Shown in pieces: positions 20,925 through 31,175 of a stretch of DNA of 33,723 bases. Origin of the DNA: Octopus bimaculoides (taxonomy: Eukaryota); assembly GCF_001194135.2 (NCBI RefSeq), contig NC_068990.1, forward strand, positions 42,711,647 through 42,745,369, given 5' to 3'. The notes below the pieces were generated by a model that saw only the letters and a program-made list of their open reading frames with translations, was not told the origin of the DNA and searched no databases. Positions within the stretch are counted from its first letter, which is position 1; the number at the start of each line of letters is the position of its first letter. The position numbers and the translations under genes were made by a program.

Positions 20925-21357
20925 ACCCCTTTAGCATTCAGACATGTGTACCCTTAATTTAGTTCTCAGGGAGATTCAGCATGACACAGAGTGTGGCAAG
21001 GCTGGCCCTTTGAAATACAGGTACTACTCATTTTTTCCAGCTGAGTAGACAGGAGTAACATAGAATAAAGTGTCTTGCTCAAGGACACAATGCATTGCTG
21101 GGAATTGAGCTCACCACCTTGAGATCTTGAGCCAAATACCCTAACCACTACGCCATGCACCTTCACTCTGTCAAATGTAATGCTTATTTATTGATATTGT
21201 TTTGAATTAATGAAGTGGTATTTCAAAGCTCTAAGATTTCAACTGTGTGATTGTTTATTTTTAGTATGACATTGTAGGACATTAAGGCCTGTTCCAGCTG
21301 AACTGAACATAAGACAGAATATTTGGGCCTGTATTGATTGGTTTAAATGCTAAAGAA
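20925..21357 (+). mobile_element. TTAA-type (piggyBac-like) MITE interrupted by a SINE
   Basis: TTAA|ACCCCTTTAGCATTCAGA [SINE] CTCTGTCAAATGTAATGC...AATGCTAAAGAA|TTAA (21358-21361). Confidence 0.78.
20943..21165 (-). mobile_element. SINE family C, 3'-truncated, nested in MITE
   Basis: Head GGTGCATGGCGTAGTGGTTAGGG...; shares CCTGTATTTCAAAGGGCCAGCCTTG.CACACT with 3364-3706. Confidence 0.85.
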
Positions 21358-22561
21358 TTAAATGACAAAATGAATGATTGAAAATACTTATTCATACACA
21401 TTGCACCTAAGAACTGTGTATCGTCTTGCTGCATCTGTTTACATACATTCTCATACAGGGGATCAGGGATAGGGGAGCTATTTTATACCTGAAAGATGCA
21501 ATCTAACAATGCCTCATTACTGTAATCTAATGTTGCATTTAAGAAAAGTGTTGATTAAAAATACAGAAACATATTATTGATTGTGAAAATCTAATTATAA
21601 GCATTAAAGTTAGAAATTAAAATGTAAATTGATCTCTTAATGACTTTTCTTTTTTTACTTTAAGATTATATTTTATGGTGTAACATTCAGATATTTCAAA
21701 CGTGTGGTGTCTCCTAGTGGACAGTTAATACAAGGGAGATAATCATTTCATCATAATATTTGGCAGGATTAAAAGTTTTGAATTTGAAATTAAGGAATAA
21801 TAAAATAGATGCATTGGATTTTTTTTGTTTTCCTTATTATGAAGTTCTTAAAATTTCTTGTCAGTTATAATCATGTACAACACTGTTTCATTCATTTTAG
21901 AAATTTTCAGCATGACATAATTTGAGGTATTTTTTGTAGAAATTTACATTTAAGGAGCCTCAAAAGTCAGAGTTACTCTCTAGCAAGCTGGGCTATTGAA
22001 ATTATGAAGTGTATTTGCCAAAGGCAAAACACAGCATTTATAACAAAATGCAAGCTGATAGCATTTATGCATCTGCCTGAATCTTGGTACACTGCCAACT
22101 CAAGCAGCTGGAATTCTCTCTGATTTATAAAGAAACAGAAATTATATTATGTCGTATTCATGCCACAGAATCTCATTTCTGTTTCCTCATAAATATTATA
22201 GAACCAAAGTCTTCAGTTCTATCAGACAAATGAAATTATCAAAACAGGTATGTAAGACTGTCTCAGATTCACTTAACAAAGAACATTATTTTTCTACACA
22301 GCTGAATCAAACTAATGAATGAGTCTTTACATGGTTGCACAAACTGCAAGAAATGGCAGCTAAATTTCCCTCAACTCACATGAAAAAAAAAAAGAGATCT
22401 GTGTATCCAGAATAATGTAATTTTTGTTGCATTATGCCTTAAACAAAGACATGATGGCCACATTTGGAATATCCCTGATCATAAGTCTGCTCAGATAAGT
22501 GACTGTTCTGCAACTACCCAGTTTATTTAAAGTATTTTATTGTTTGATTATGGTTCATTAC

Positions 22562-22655
22562 CAAGATACTTCAGAATGCTGAAACTTCACAGCTTCGTTA
22601 GCAATATTATTAAATCTAATCAATTTAAAGTCTGTTCTTATCAAAATTTCTTTTC
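22562..22655 (-). CDS. Candidate 94-nt host exon (unidentified; (G)KEILIRTDFKLIRFNNIANEAVKFQHSEVS)
   Basis: Strong acceptor aactttgtcttctttgttccag, donor CTTG|gtaatg, one fully open frame, non-repetitive. No homologue recognised. Confidence 0.33.
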
Positions 22656-23070
22656 CTGGAACAAAGAAGACAAAGTTGTTAATACAATGTATTGTCCGTG
22701 TTATTGTTGGTATTGCTGCTGCTACTGTTGTTGTTGTTGTTGTTGCTGCCGTCTGTACGTTAGTAATTTAAAACAACGTTGTTAAAACACTGCAAAATTT
22801 ATCTTTCATGTTATTTGATTAAGGATTTATAATAAGGAACTAATTAAAAGTAATTAAAACTGGTGAAATCAGTGAATTACAACAAGCTGTTAATTAGTGC
22901 TACATAAATATTTTTCTGTTTTGAAAAAAAAGCGAAACCAGAAAACAAAAAACATAATGGTGCACACATGCATCCATACACACACACAAACACACACACA
23001 CATACACACGCATACCCACAGTTACATACATACATACACATGCATATATATATATATATACACATATATA

Positions 23071-23346
23071 CATCATCATCATCATCATCGTTTAACGTCC
23101 GCTTTCCATGCTAGCATGGGTTGGACGATTTGACTGAGGATTGGTGAAACCGGATGGCAACACCAGGCTCCAGTCTGATTTGGCAGAGTTTCTACAGCTG
23201 GATGCCCTTCCTAACGCCAACCACTCAGAGAGTGTAGTGGGTGCTTTTACGTGTCACCCGCACGAAAACGGCCACGCTCGAAATGGTGTCTTTTATGTGC
23301 CACCCGCACAAGCCAGTCCAGGGGCACTGGCAACGATCTCGCTCGA
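23071..23346 (-). mobile_element. SINE family B (5'-truncated) with (GAT)n tail, inserted in microsatellite
   Basis: Nearly identical to the plus-strand copy at 29742-29924 (GTTGGCGTTAGGAAGGGCATC...CATGCTAGCATGGAAAGCGGACGTTAAACG(ATG)n). Confidence 0.88.
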
Positions 23347-23373
23347 TACATAAATACACACACACAAACACAC

Positions 23374-23438
23374 ATAGATAAATAGATTGATAGATAGATA
23401 GACAGACAGACAGACCGACTGACAGACAGACAGGCAGG

Positions 23439-23470
<32 letters not shown>

Positions 23471-23483
23471 TAGACAGACAGAC

Positions 23484-23514
<31 letters not shown>

Positions 23515-23560
23515 TAGACAGACAGATAGATACATACAAACATAAATACATACATACATA
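23374..23560. repeat. (GATA)/(GACA)n compound microsatellite
   Basis: Seen directly. Confidence 0.95.
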
Positions 23561-23754
23561 TATTTAAATATGCATGAATATAGAAGTATGGTTGACTATT
23601 TAAGGCATTTGCATAGCAACCATGTTTTACACTGCTGTATACTATCTTGAGCAAACATCTTTTATCATTATCATAACCCTGAGTTGCCCTCAAGCCTTGT
23701 GACTAAAATAGAATGGATGGAAACTGTGAAGAAACCCATCAAATGAACACTATA

Positions 23755-23900
23755 TGTAATTCAGAGATTCAGCTTTGACACACTATGTCATGCTGATTCT
23801 GCCTGAGAGTTACAGTAAGAGTGCAAATTGTCTGTGGAGTACACAGCCACTTGACCCACTAATTCAATTAAAAGGCCACTTGGTTGATTGAACAACTTGA
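23755..23900 (+). mobile_element. Degenerate SINE family C 3' part
   Basis: TGTAATTCAGAG..CAGCTTTGACACAC...TCTGTGGAGTACACAGCCACTTG matches the tails at 3364 and 20943. Confidence 0.6.
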
Positions 23901-23944
23901 TATTGATGCATTTTCTCTTGAGAGAAGAGTCCCTCTATCTGTGT

Positions 23945-23989
23945 ATACATACATACATACATACATTCATACATACATACATACATACA

Positions 23990-24018
<29 letters not shown>
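23945..24018. repeat. (TACA)n microsatellite
   Basis: Seen directly. Confidence 0.95.
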
Positions 24019-24024
<6 letters not shown>

Positions 24025-24208
24025 TATGTAGATGTGGTTAAAATCCAAGATGTGTCCTCTTAAAGCACATCTGCTTCTTCCAGTATCCCAGTAGAGTTAT
24101 ATCTGTGTGAGGTATGCATATAGTTGAAAATTCTGAAAAATATCTTTTGCAGTAATTATACACCAAAACAGGAGACAGGAAGGATTTTTTTTTGTATTAT
24201 TTGTTCAC

Positions 24209-24301
24209 CATTGCATGGCTGTGTGGTAAGAAGCTTGCTTCCCATCCACATAGTTCTGGGTTCAGTCCTACATTGTGGTACCTTGGGCAAGTGCCTTCTA
24301 C
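24209..24301 (+). mobile_element. SINE family A head, truncated by the fold-back element
   Basis: GCATGGCTGTGTGGTAAGAAGCTTGCTT...CCTTGGGCAAGTGCCTTCTAC, then an abrupt switch to the element at 24302. Confidence 0.8.
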
Positions 24302-25838
24302 TGAATTTTTTTTTTTTATCCGCATAGAAAAATGCAGAGATTACAAATCTGGGAAATATATAAATATATATATTTTTTCAAGTTGAATTTTTCTAAAAGA
24401 AACACTCAATGCCCCTTACCCCACCTCACTCACCCATCACCTACCTGCTTTAAAAAAGCTAAAATCTTCCAATGTTTCACTTTCATCTGATGTTTCACCA
24501 TGCATAGGATTGTACTGAAATAGCAGAGGTAAAAAATACCACACCACCACCAGAAAACCCAGCAAGCTAGAAACAACAGGCAAACAACATTATTTCTGAA
24601 GAAACTTCCCCACTTTCCAAAAAGCTAAAAGTGAAACATTGTGAGTCTGTAGCTTTCTGAAAGTGGAGAGGTGATACATGGATGTTTGAGAAGGAGATTT
24701 TAGTGTTTCTTTAAGAAAAAAGGAAGAAGAAAATTCTTAAAGATTCATATTCTCTATTTTTTTTTTCTGTGGATTACCAAGTAAAAAATTTGAAAAAAAG
24801 TAAAAAAATGATGAAATTAAGGTGGGGAGAGAGAAAATGAAAATATTGAGAACTTGTTTTGGGGGCAAAATCCTNNNNNNNNNNNNNNNNNNNNNNNNNN
24901 NNNNNNNNNNNNNNNNNNNNNNNNNNNNNNNNNNNNNNNNNNNNNNNNNNNNNNNNNNNNNNNNNNNNNNNNNNNNNNNNNNNNNNNNNNNNNNNNNNNN
25001 NNNNNNNNNNNNNNNNNNNNNNNNNNNNNNNNNNNNNNNNNNNNNNNNNNNNNNNNNNNNNNNNNNNNTGTGTGTGTACCAAAAGAAGTTATTTTATGGC
25101 ATTGTTTTGTTTGAAGCAGCAAAGTTGTCAACTCGATCATATGGTCAATCATATGGAATCATATGATTGTTCGTTAATTTCTATAAATTTTTTTTATTTC
25201 ATTATGCTTTAAATAGATTAGAAATTGAAAGGGAGAAGAAAGTGAAAAGGTGACATTTGCTTTGAAGTGAAAACAGAAAGTGAAAGATGTATGTATGTGT
25301 ATATGAAATGGACGTGTGTGTGCATGCATGAGAGAAAGAGAATGAGTGGTTTGTGTTGTCATGTATGTATTTTTTGCATGTATGTGTAAGTGGCACTCAT
25401 TCTCTATCTCTCTCCCTCTTTCTCTCACACACACATTATCTTTGATATACATGTACATAAATATATATGCATACATCTTTTTTGTATGTGTGTGTGTGTG
25501 TCCAAGTGAGAGAGAGAGTGAATGATTGCAGTTTCTCATAAGATATAGTGAAATGATGTCTTTTAATGAAATTTTTTTGGTTGTGGCTTATTTTGATATA
25601 ATATTTATGTGTAAATTTTCATAAATGTTTGTCTAAGTAGAATTCCACGCATGTATGAAACATCTGACAAAAGTGAAACATTAGAAGCAAATCAAAATAT
25701 TGCCCAAAAATGACCTCAAAATCATCCAAGCCGACCTCGTTTCCAGGGTTATTTTAGTAGTAAAAATGAATTGTTGTGCCAAAAACATAGTTCATTTAGT
25801 AGATAGATGATAAGCAGCTTTCTTTATTATAGTACAGA
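24302..25838. mobile_element. Non-autonomous fold-back DNA element, copy 2 (with gap, (TG)n and possible right terminus)
   Basis: 24302-25312 is colinear with 13581-14777; 25656-25687 is the reverse complement of 24466-24497; the right end 25811-25838 matches 17490-17517. Confidence 0.72.
24875..25068. other. Assembly gap inside fold-back element copy 2
   Basis: N bases. Confidence 1.
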
Positions 25839-26174
25839 TGTGACCAGTTCAGAGAAACATTACTTTCATTATTCACACATTGTCACTCTTGTAATGCAAC
25901 ACTTTGTAATTTTGGTTCAAATTGAAAATGTGAAACTATTTTCACTTTCTAATGAAACCTGGCCGTTGTAGAGCAGTGTATTTCAAATAACTATAGCTGA
26001 TTGTTAGAAAATTTGTAAATGAAAATGAAGTTTATTTGGTAGCCGAATGATAACTGAATCTTTTGGTACCCCATGTGTCAAAATTGGCAACTCATGCACA
26101 CACACACACATGCATACAATACTCTCCTATCTCTTATATATATATAGATACATTTATACACACATACACACACG

Positions 26175-26228
26175 CATACATACATACATACATACATACA
26201 TACATACATACATACATACATACATACA
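26175..26228. repeat. (CATA)n tract, left flank of RLE element
   Basis: Seen directly. Confidence 0.95.
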
Positions 26229-26807
26229 ATGCCATTTGCAAAAAAGACTGTCCTGAAATAAACTTAGAAAATCCCTCTGTTATGGAATACATTCATAAAC
26301 ACTAACTCAAGGAATACTGGTGGAATATTCTCATCAAAACTTCTGTCAAATGTAAGCATAACAGGCTGGATATTGTTGTTTGGGACAGAGGGGCAAAGGT
26401 ATGTACTGTCATAGAGGTCAGCTGTCCTGCAGATATAAATATCTCTTTGAAAATCAAAGAAAAAAGAGGATATCTATGGACAATTGCTTCGAAATCTCAA
26501 GCTTCTATATCCAGACTATGAATTCATATTCATACCAATAATAATTAGAGCACTAGGTTTTGTTAGTAAATGCTTAAAGAAGAATCTGGATAAACTGGGA
26601 TTTTCAGAAAGAGAAATTGACCAGCTAATTTGTACATTACACACCCAATCTGTGAGTGGAACAGTAAAAATATGCAAGACTTTTCTCAAGTTCCAAATGT
26701 GAATTTTTGTCTGTGTTAACTACATCCCAAAGACGGAGCCTTGTATCTCTGTTGGAAACCAGCTCCTTCCTCAGTGGAAGATTTATAATAATTAAAAAAC
26801 AGAAGAG
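26229..26807 (+). mobile_element. 5'-truncated RLE non-LTR retrotransposon, R4/Dong/Rex6-like: endonuclease domain plus 3' UTR
   Basis: EYWWNILIKTSVKCKHNRLDIVVWD...CTVIEVSCPADINISLKIKEK, then after one frameshift DIYGQLLRNLKLLY...FIPIIIRALG...VSGTVKICKTFL*. Corresponds to the HNRPDIV / I(D/E)V..P.D.N / K..KY..L / P(V/I)VIGALG motifs. Stop at 26700-26702. Confidence 0.85.
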
Positions 26808-26881
26808 ACATACATACATACATACATATATACATACATACATACATACATACATACATACATACATACATACATACATAC
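26808..26881. repeat. (CATA)n tract, right flank of RLE element
   Basis: Seen directly. Confidence 0.95.
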
Positions 26882-26944
26882 TTACATGCACATATACATG
26901 ATGGGCCAAAAGTAATGTATTAAAATATTTTCCCTTTTAGTTGT

Positions 26945-26954
26945 GTTGTTGTTG

Positions 26955-27017
<63 letters not shown>
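26945..27017. repeat. (GTT)n-(ATT)n microsatellite
   Basis: Seen directly. Confidence 0.95.
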
Positions 27018-27021
<4 letters not shown>

Positions 27022-27175
27022 TTTTGTTCATCATGTACAAGTACATGTGTATTGATAATTATTTTATTTATTTTATTCAAATTTAGAAAAATTGAAGCAC
27101 ATCTTTGACAATTCCAGAGTGTATTGAACTCAATTCGTATGTGAATTTTGGTCCCACCCTATATATATATATATA

Positions 27176-27198
27176 NNNNNNNNNNNNNNNNNNNNNNN
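27176..27198. other. Assembly gap between (TA)n and (CA)n
   Basis: N bases. Confidence 1.
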
Positions 27199-27250
<52 letters not shown>

Positions 27251-27928
27251 CATGTAGTTATATTGGTATTTCATTTATCCATTTCTACAATATTTCCTGC
27301 GTATTACATATAATATGAGATTTTGTCGTTTTATGTGATTTATCTTTAATTCACTGTTAAAACGGTATTTACTTATTGTTGTTATAGAAATCATTGTTGT
27401 TGCTGTGTAGTCCCCTGACAGCTCAGCTTGACTGATACAGAGTTCACTAATTGAAAGCTTTACAGACAGGCCATTGACACTCTGGCTAACCAGTTGAAAC
27501 ACAAATGCGAATGGGAGGTCACATATTAACATTATCTTTCTAGACTGCAACGACCTTACTAATGTTACTTCCAGCAATACACACCTAAACAAAAGACGTC
27601 ACTCTTCTCTCCCTTCTCTCCTTCTGTGTATAGGCATCATTTTCTTGGTGCCTGGACACCAGCCACTGGTACCAATGAGACTGACTCTGTCTAGTCACCT
27701 GACCTGCAAGAAATAACAGACAAATCTCCTCCAAATCACATAGAATATGCTAGATATTGCTACCATGGATTTTATACATATGCACATGCACGAGAAAAGG
27801 CCAGACAGTCATGGCTGGAAGCCTTTTTCCCGTAGGCCTTCTCAATTAGGTTTGACATAAGGCTAATCAACAACAATAGGTACATAATCCTTACAGATAT
27901 ATATCAAGAAAACAGTCTTGAGCTACAA

Positions 27929-28050
27929 TGTCTCTACATGGTCTACCCTCTCTCTACATGGTCTCTACATGGTCTACCCTCTACATGGTATACTCTCTCT
28001 CTACATTTGATCTGCAACCTCTATACACTTACTCTACATCCTCTCTACAC
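27929..28050. repeat. Degenerate minisatellite (CTCTACATGGT-like units)
   Basis: CTCTACATGGT occurs at least 4 times in 27931-27990, then decays. Confidence 0.75.
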
Positions 28051-28069
28051 TCAACCTGCATCTTTCTTT

Positions 28070-28463
28070 TTTCTTTATCTTTTACTTGTTTCAGACATTT
28101 GACCATGGCCATTTTGGGACACCACTTTGAAGGTCGAACAAACTGCCCCCAGGGCTTATTTTTTAAAACTTAGTACTTATTCTATTGGTCCCTTTTGTCA
28201 ACCCACTAAGTTACAAGGGACATAAACACACTGACACCAGTTGTTAAGTGGTGTGGGGAACAAACATAGACAGAATGACACATATACATAGATATGCATA
28301 TAAATATATATACAGCAGGCTTCTTTCAGTTTCCATCTACCAAATTCATTCACAAAACTTTTATCAGCCCAAGGCTATAGTAGAAGGCATTTTCCCAAAG
28401 TACTGAACCCAGAATCATGTGGGTTGGAAGCAAGTTCCTCACCACACAGCCAAGCCTGCACCT
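28070..28463 (-). mobile_element. SINE family A, near full length
   Basis: Tail, internal TA/CA microsatellite and tRNA-like head are all colinear with 29495-30132. Confidence 0.85.
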
Positions 28464-28743
28464 AAATTTGATCTCTGTGTACTTGACTTACAGCCTCTCT
28501 ATGCCAACATCTACAACTTCTCTGCACATGGACAATACACAGTTAAAACCCTTAAAGTTACTACAAATGCAAGTCTTCATTATTCCTTTAGGCAATCACT
28601 TCATATCACATTAAGTTGCAAAATCTACATTGCATGTCTAAGATTCTTTTTAACTATAAAATACACAAGTTGTGACTAAAAGTCATCTCTAGAAATACTG
28701 GTCCTACATTGAAGTATAGATCATTTACCTGGGATGCTTCAGC

Positions 28744-28753
28744 TGATGATGAA

Positions 28754-28803
<50 letters not shown>

Positions 28804-28811
28804 CGATGATG
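28744..28811. repeat. (GAT)n trinucleotide repeat
   Basis: Seen directly; interrupted by GAA and GAC. Confidence 0.95.
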
Positions 28812-29494
28812 CTGTGCATAGACAAATATTTTAGACCACATCTAAAAGCAGACTATTCAACTAATTTGTAAAGATTCACTCATCAAAACGCTACAGTCAT
28901 TAACTCCATATGTAAAGATTCTTCTCTCTGCTTCTTCTACTACTCTTGCAACAGTCACTGCTTCTCTGTACTAACTCATTCCTTCTCTAGCTAAGTCAAC
29001 TAAGATTCACTTGCCAAACCACAATGGCAATTAGCTCTCATGCATAATATTTCTTTTCGCTGTAACTTCAACTACTGTTGTTACAAAACTGATTCACTGA
29101 ACTTGCAGTCATCTTTTATTCTTACCATCAGCACTGAATTTCATTCTCAGTTTCCAACATAAAACCACTGTCAAATCATTCCTCCCCATATTAGTTTCCC
29201 ACTGAAATTTCATTCCCATTTAATTTTTTCCTGCATACACTCACTTTAATTTTTTCCCTACATACATCCATTCCACCAATCTAGAAGGACCATTTTTATA
29301 TTTTAGTCAGGAGGAAACAGAATATCCATAGTCCTTTATAGAGTCTCTGAAGAGTAGGGAGGAAAGTATGCTCAAACCAGAGACTTGGCCAGAATGCTTG
29401 CAACAGAGGTGACTCAGTGTACTCAGGGTACTCAAGATACCAGGTGATTGTATTAAACTGGGCAACAGATTAAGTCTACCATCAAATTAAGCCA

Positions 29495-30132
29495 TACTCT
29501 TTTACTCTTTTACTTGTTTCAGCCATTTGACTGTGGCCATGCTGGAGCACCACCTTTAGTCAAGCAAATCGACCCCGGGACTTATTCTTTGTAAGCCTAG
29601 TACTTATTCTATCGGTCTCTTTTGCCAAACCACTAAGTTACAGGGACGTAAACACACCAGCATCGGTCGTCAAGCGATGTTGAGGGGGGGGGGGCAAACA
29701 CAGACACACAAACATATACACACACATACACACACACACATAAGCACCCACTACACTCTCTGAGTGGTTGGCGTTAGGAAGGGCATCTAGCCGTAGAAAC
29801 TCTGCCAAATCAGATTGGAGCCTGGTGTAGCCATCTGGTTTCACCAGTCCTCAGTCAAATCGTCCAACCCATGCTAGCATGGAAAGCGGACGTTAAACGA
29901 CGACGATGATGATGATGATGATGATATATATATATATATATATATATATAGATATATATGCATATATACGACAGGCTTCTTTCAGTTTCCGTCTACCAAA
30001 TCTACTCACAAGGTTTTGGTCGGCCCGAGGCTATAGTAGAAGACACTTGCCCAAGGTGACACGCAGTTTGAACTGAACCCGGAATCATGTGGTTGGTAAG
30101 CAAGCTACTTACTACACAGCCACTCATGCACC
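29495..30132 (-). mobile_element. SINE family A, full length, with nested SINE B
   Basis: Head GGTGCATGAGTGGCTGTGTAGTAAG...CCTTGGGCAAGTGTCTTCTACTATAGCC; tail (AGTAAAAG)n; central microsatellite split by 29742-29924. Confidence 0.9.
29742..29924 (+). mobile_element. SINE family B, 5'-truncated, (GAT)n tail
   Basis: Matches the reverse complement of 23071-23255. Confidence 0.9.
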
Positions 30133-30220
30133 TATGGTGGGATTTGAACACTAAGAACTTGAACAAATACTGGAAGGCATCCAGTCCAACATTTTTATAG
30201 CTCTGCAAATCTGATCCATT

Positions 30221-30300
30221 GGTATTTTTTAATCAGCCCCCAAAAAGATGGAAGGCAAAGTTGATCGCAGTGGAATTTGAACTCAGAGTGAAGAGAGCCA
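30221..30300 (-). mobile_element. SINE family D fragment
   Basis: GAAGGCAAAGTTGATCGCAGTGGAATTTGAACTCAGA matches 19350-19387. Confidence 0.7.
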
Positions 30301-30401
30301 AATAAAACCCAGATACTGGTTTCCTTCTTATGGCTAATTAATAATAATGGTTTCAAATGTTAGCACAGGGGGAAGTTAACTACACCAACCTCAGTACTTG
30401 A

Positions 30402-30822
30402 CTCTTTTACTCTTTTACTTGTTTCAGTCATTTGACTGCGGCCATGCTGGAGCACCGACTCCAGGACTTATTCTTTGTAAGCCTAGTACTTATACTATCA
30501 GTCTCTTTTTACCGAACCGGTAAGTTACGGGGATGTAAGCACACCAGCATCAGTTGTCAAGCGATGATGGGGGGACAAACACAGATAAACANNNNNNNNN
30601 NNNNNNNNNNNNNNNNNNNNNNNNNNNNNNNNNNNNNNNNNNNNNNNNNNNNNNNNNNNNNNNNNNNNNNNNNNNNNNNNNNNNNNNNNNNNNNNNNNNN
30701 NNNNNNNNNNNNNNNNNNNNNNNNNNNNNNNNNNNNNNNNNNNNNNNNNNNNNNNNNNNNNNNNNNNNNNGAACCATGTGGTTGGTAAGCAAGCTACTTA
30801 CGACACGGCCACTCCTGCGCCT
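30402..30822 (-). mobile_element. SINE family A (centre in assembly gap)
   Basis: Tail at 30402-30591, head at 30771-30822. Confidence 0.85.
30592..30770. other. Assembly gap in SINE A internal microsatellite
   Basis: N bases. Confidence 1.
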
Positions 30823-30957
30823 CTTGTTTTATCGATCCCCATGGAAAGTATGAAAGGCAAAGATGACCTCAGTGGAATTTGAGCTCAGAACATAAAACCA
30901 GAAGAAATGCTACAAAGCATTTTCTCTAGTGTGTTAATGATTCTATCAGCTCACTGA

Positions 30958-31175
30958 CTGATAATCCTTTCTACTGAAGGCACAAGGCCTGCAATTTGGG
31001 GGAGGGGACTAGTCTATTACATCGAGCCCAGTGCATAACTGGTACTTATTTCATCGACGCTGAAAGGTTGAAAGGTAAAGTCAACCTCGGCAGAATTTGA
31101 ACTCAGAACATAAAGATGGATGAAATCCCGCTAAACGTTTTGCCCGGCATGCTAACGGTTCTGCCAGATTGCCAA
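30958..31175 (-). mobile_element. SINE family D, near full length
   Basis: Colinear with the head and centre of 19221-19457. Confidence 0.85.

Larger units (their letters stand above)
30348..30957 (-). mobile_element. SINE family D interrupted by SINE A
   Basis: Tail TGGTTTCAAATGTTAGCACAGG...CCTCAGTACTTGA at 30348-30401; resumes CTTGTTTTATCGATCCCC...GAAAGGCAAAG at 30822-30957. Confidence 0.72.

Noticed and set aside
26895-27165. Possible Tc1-like TIR pair (GGGCCAAAA / TTTTGGTCCC) around (ATT)n
   Set aside because: The match is only about 10 bp and imperfect.
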